Assembly: GCA_051530055.1 (NCBI GenBank)
Contig: CM121341.1
Location: 13,184,784-13,248,783 of the forward strand
DNA: 64,000 nucleotides
Source: Neoechinorhynchus agilis
Lineage: Eukaryota > Animalia > Acanthocephala
Direction of reading: 5' to 3'
In this document: positions 62,901-64,000 of the stretch, one piece after another
How the letters are laid out: each line of letters begins with the position of its first letter
Numbering within the stretch: position 1 is the first letter of the stretch
Translations under genes and position numbers: made by a program
Notes under the pieces: generated by a model
Seen by the model: only the letters and a program-made list of their open reading frames with translations
Database searches by the model: none
What the model was told of the DNA's origin: nothing

Positions 62901-64000
62901 AGAGACAGTGAATCGGAACCATTCTACAAACACGCTCGTGGAATTTTAGTCGCGAACGATTTATCATTAACAGCTTTGAAAATAGCCACTTTGTTGCCGT
63001 TTTTCGCAAGCCAATTTATTGCTTAAAACTATTGAACCTCGTCTTTAGTATAAATCGCAAACGAATTCGTCCAAGAAAACCGATATACAACCAAATAGAG
63101 ACACTGAATCGGAACCAATCTATAGGCACGCTCATGGAATTTTGATCGCGAACGATTTATCATTGGCAGCTTTTAAAATGGCGACTTTGTTGCCGTTTTT
63201 CGCAAGCCAATTTTTTTCTTAAAACGATTGAACTTCGTCTTTAGTGCAAATCGTTAACGAATTCGTCCAAGAAAACCGATATACAACCAAATTGAGACAC
63301 TGAATCGGAACCAATCTATAAGCAAGCTCGTGGAATTTTGGTCGCGAACGATTTATCATTGGCAGCTTTGAAAATGGCGACTTTGTTGCCGTTTTTCGCA
63401 AGAAAATTTTTTGCTTAAAACTATTGAACTTCGTCTTTAGTGCAAATCGTTAACGAATTCGTCCAAGAAAACCGATATACAACCAAATAGAGACACTGAA
63501 TCGGAACCAATCTATAGGCACGCTCGTGGAATTTTGGTCGCGAACGATTTATCATTGGCAGCTTTGAAAATGGCCAGTTTGTTGCCGTTTTTCGCAAGCC
63601 AATTTTTTGCTTAAAACTATTGAACCTCGTCTTTAGTGCAAATCGCTAACGAATTCGTCCAAGAAAACCGATATACAACCAAATAGAGACACTGAATCGG
63701 AACCAATCTATAGGCACGCTCGTGGAATTTTGGTCGCGAATGATTTATCATTGGCAGCTTTGAAAATGGCGACTTTGTTGCCGCTTTTCGCAAGCAAATT
63801 TTTTCTTAAAATTATTGAACCTCGTCTTTAGTGCAAATCGCTTACGAATTCGTCCAAGAAAACCGATATACAACCAAATAGAGACACTTAATCGGAACCA
63901 ATCTATAGGCACGCTCGTGGAATTTTAGTCGCGAACGATTTATCATTGGCAGCTTTGAAAATAGCCACTTTGTTGCCGTTTTTCGCAAGCCAATTTTTTG
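32925..64000. repeat. Satellite array, 196-bp monomer with 246-bp variants, roughly 150 copies, continuing past the window end
   Basis: The landmark gcaaatcg occurs at 32983, 33179 (+196) and 33425 (+246), and at 41911 and 42107 (+196). All monomers are head-to-tail in one orientation. Confidence 0.99.

Noticed and set aside
33650-63401. Dozens of ORFs such as MRKTATNWPFSKLPMINR... and MLKTIEPRL... in the ORF track
   Set aside because: They are translations of the satellite monomer. 196 is not a multiple of 3, and the frames open and close with point variants.
32925-64000. Array as CRISPR, SL-RNA, snRNA or 5S gene cluster (contains AATTTTGG, an Sm-site-like motif)
   Set aside because: No unique spacers, no leader with a GT donor in a stem upstream of the Sm-like site, no recognisable U-snRNA or 5S sequence, and the flanking stems are only 3-4 bp.

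Overview
Eukaryotic (metazoan) genomic window in two halves. Bases 1-32.9 kb are gene-dense, with short GT-AG introns (mostly about 37-63 nt). Genes: a Pro-rich repeat protein, a SOL/CAPN15-like calpain, TTC14, EHBP1, two RNF11-like paralogs, hormone-sensitive lipase, an uncertain membrane-protein gene and an orphan ORF. Interspersed are three decayed CRE-clade non-LTR retroelement pieces, a Penelope-like (GIY-YIG) fragment and several palindromic MITE/foldback families. From about 32.93 kb to the window end is a 31-kb satellite array of 196-bp monomers (246-bp variants) with layered divergence and block duplications. The most unusual signal is three unrelated genes (four loci) interrupted by 35-54-nt hairpin inserts. 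Each insert is bounded by a duplicated TA and followed by GA, and homology-optimal removal gives non-GT-AG junctions. Candidate explanations are a non-canonical/introner-like intron class, DNA-level excision or ribosomal bypass; canonical GT/GC-AG solutions exist but alter conserved residues. All homology calls rest on motifs recalled from memory, with no database search run. Possible exon fragments at 20.2-21.5 kb and 22.9-24.3 kb could not be resolved.
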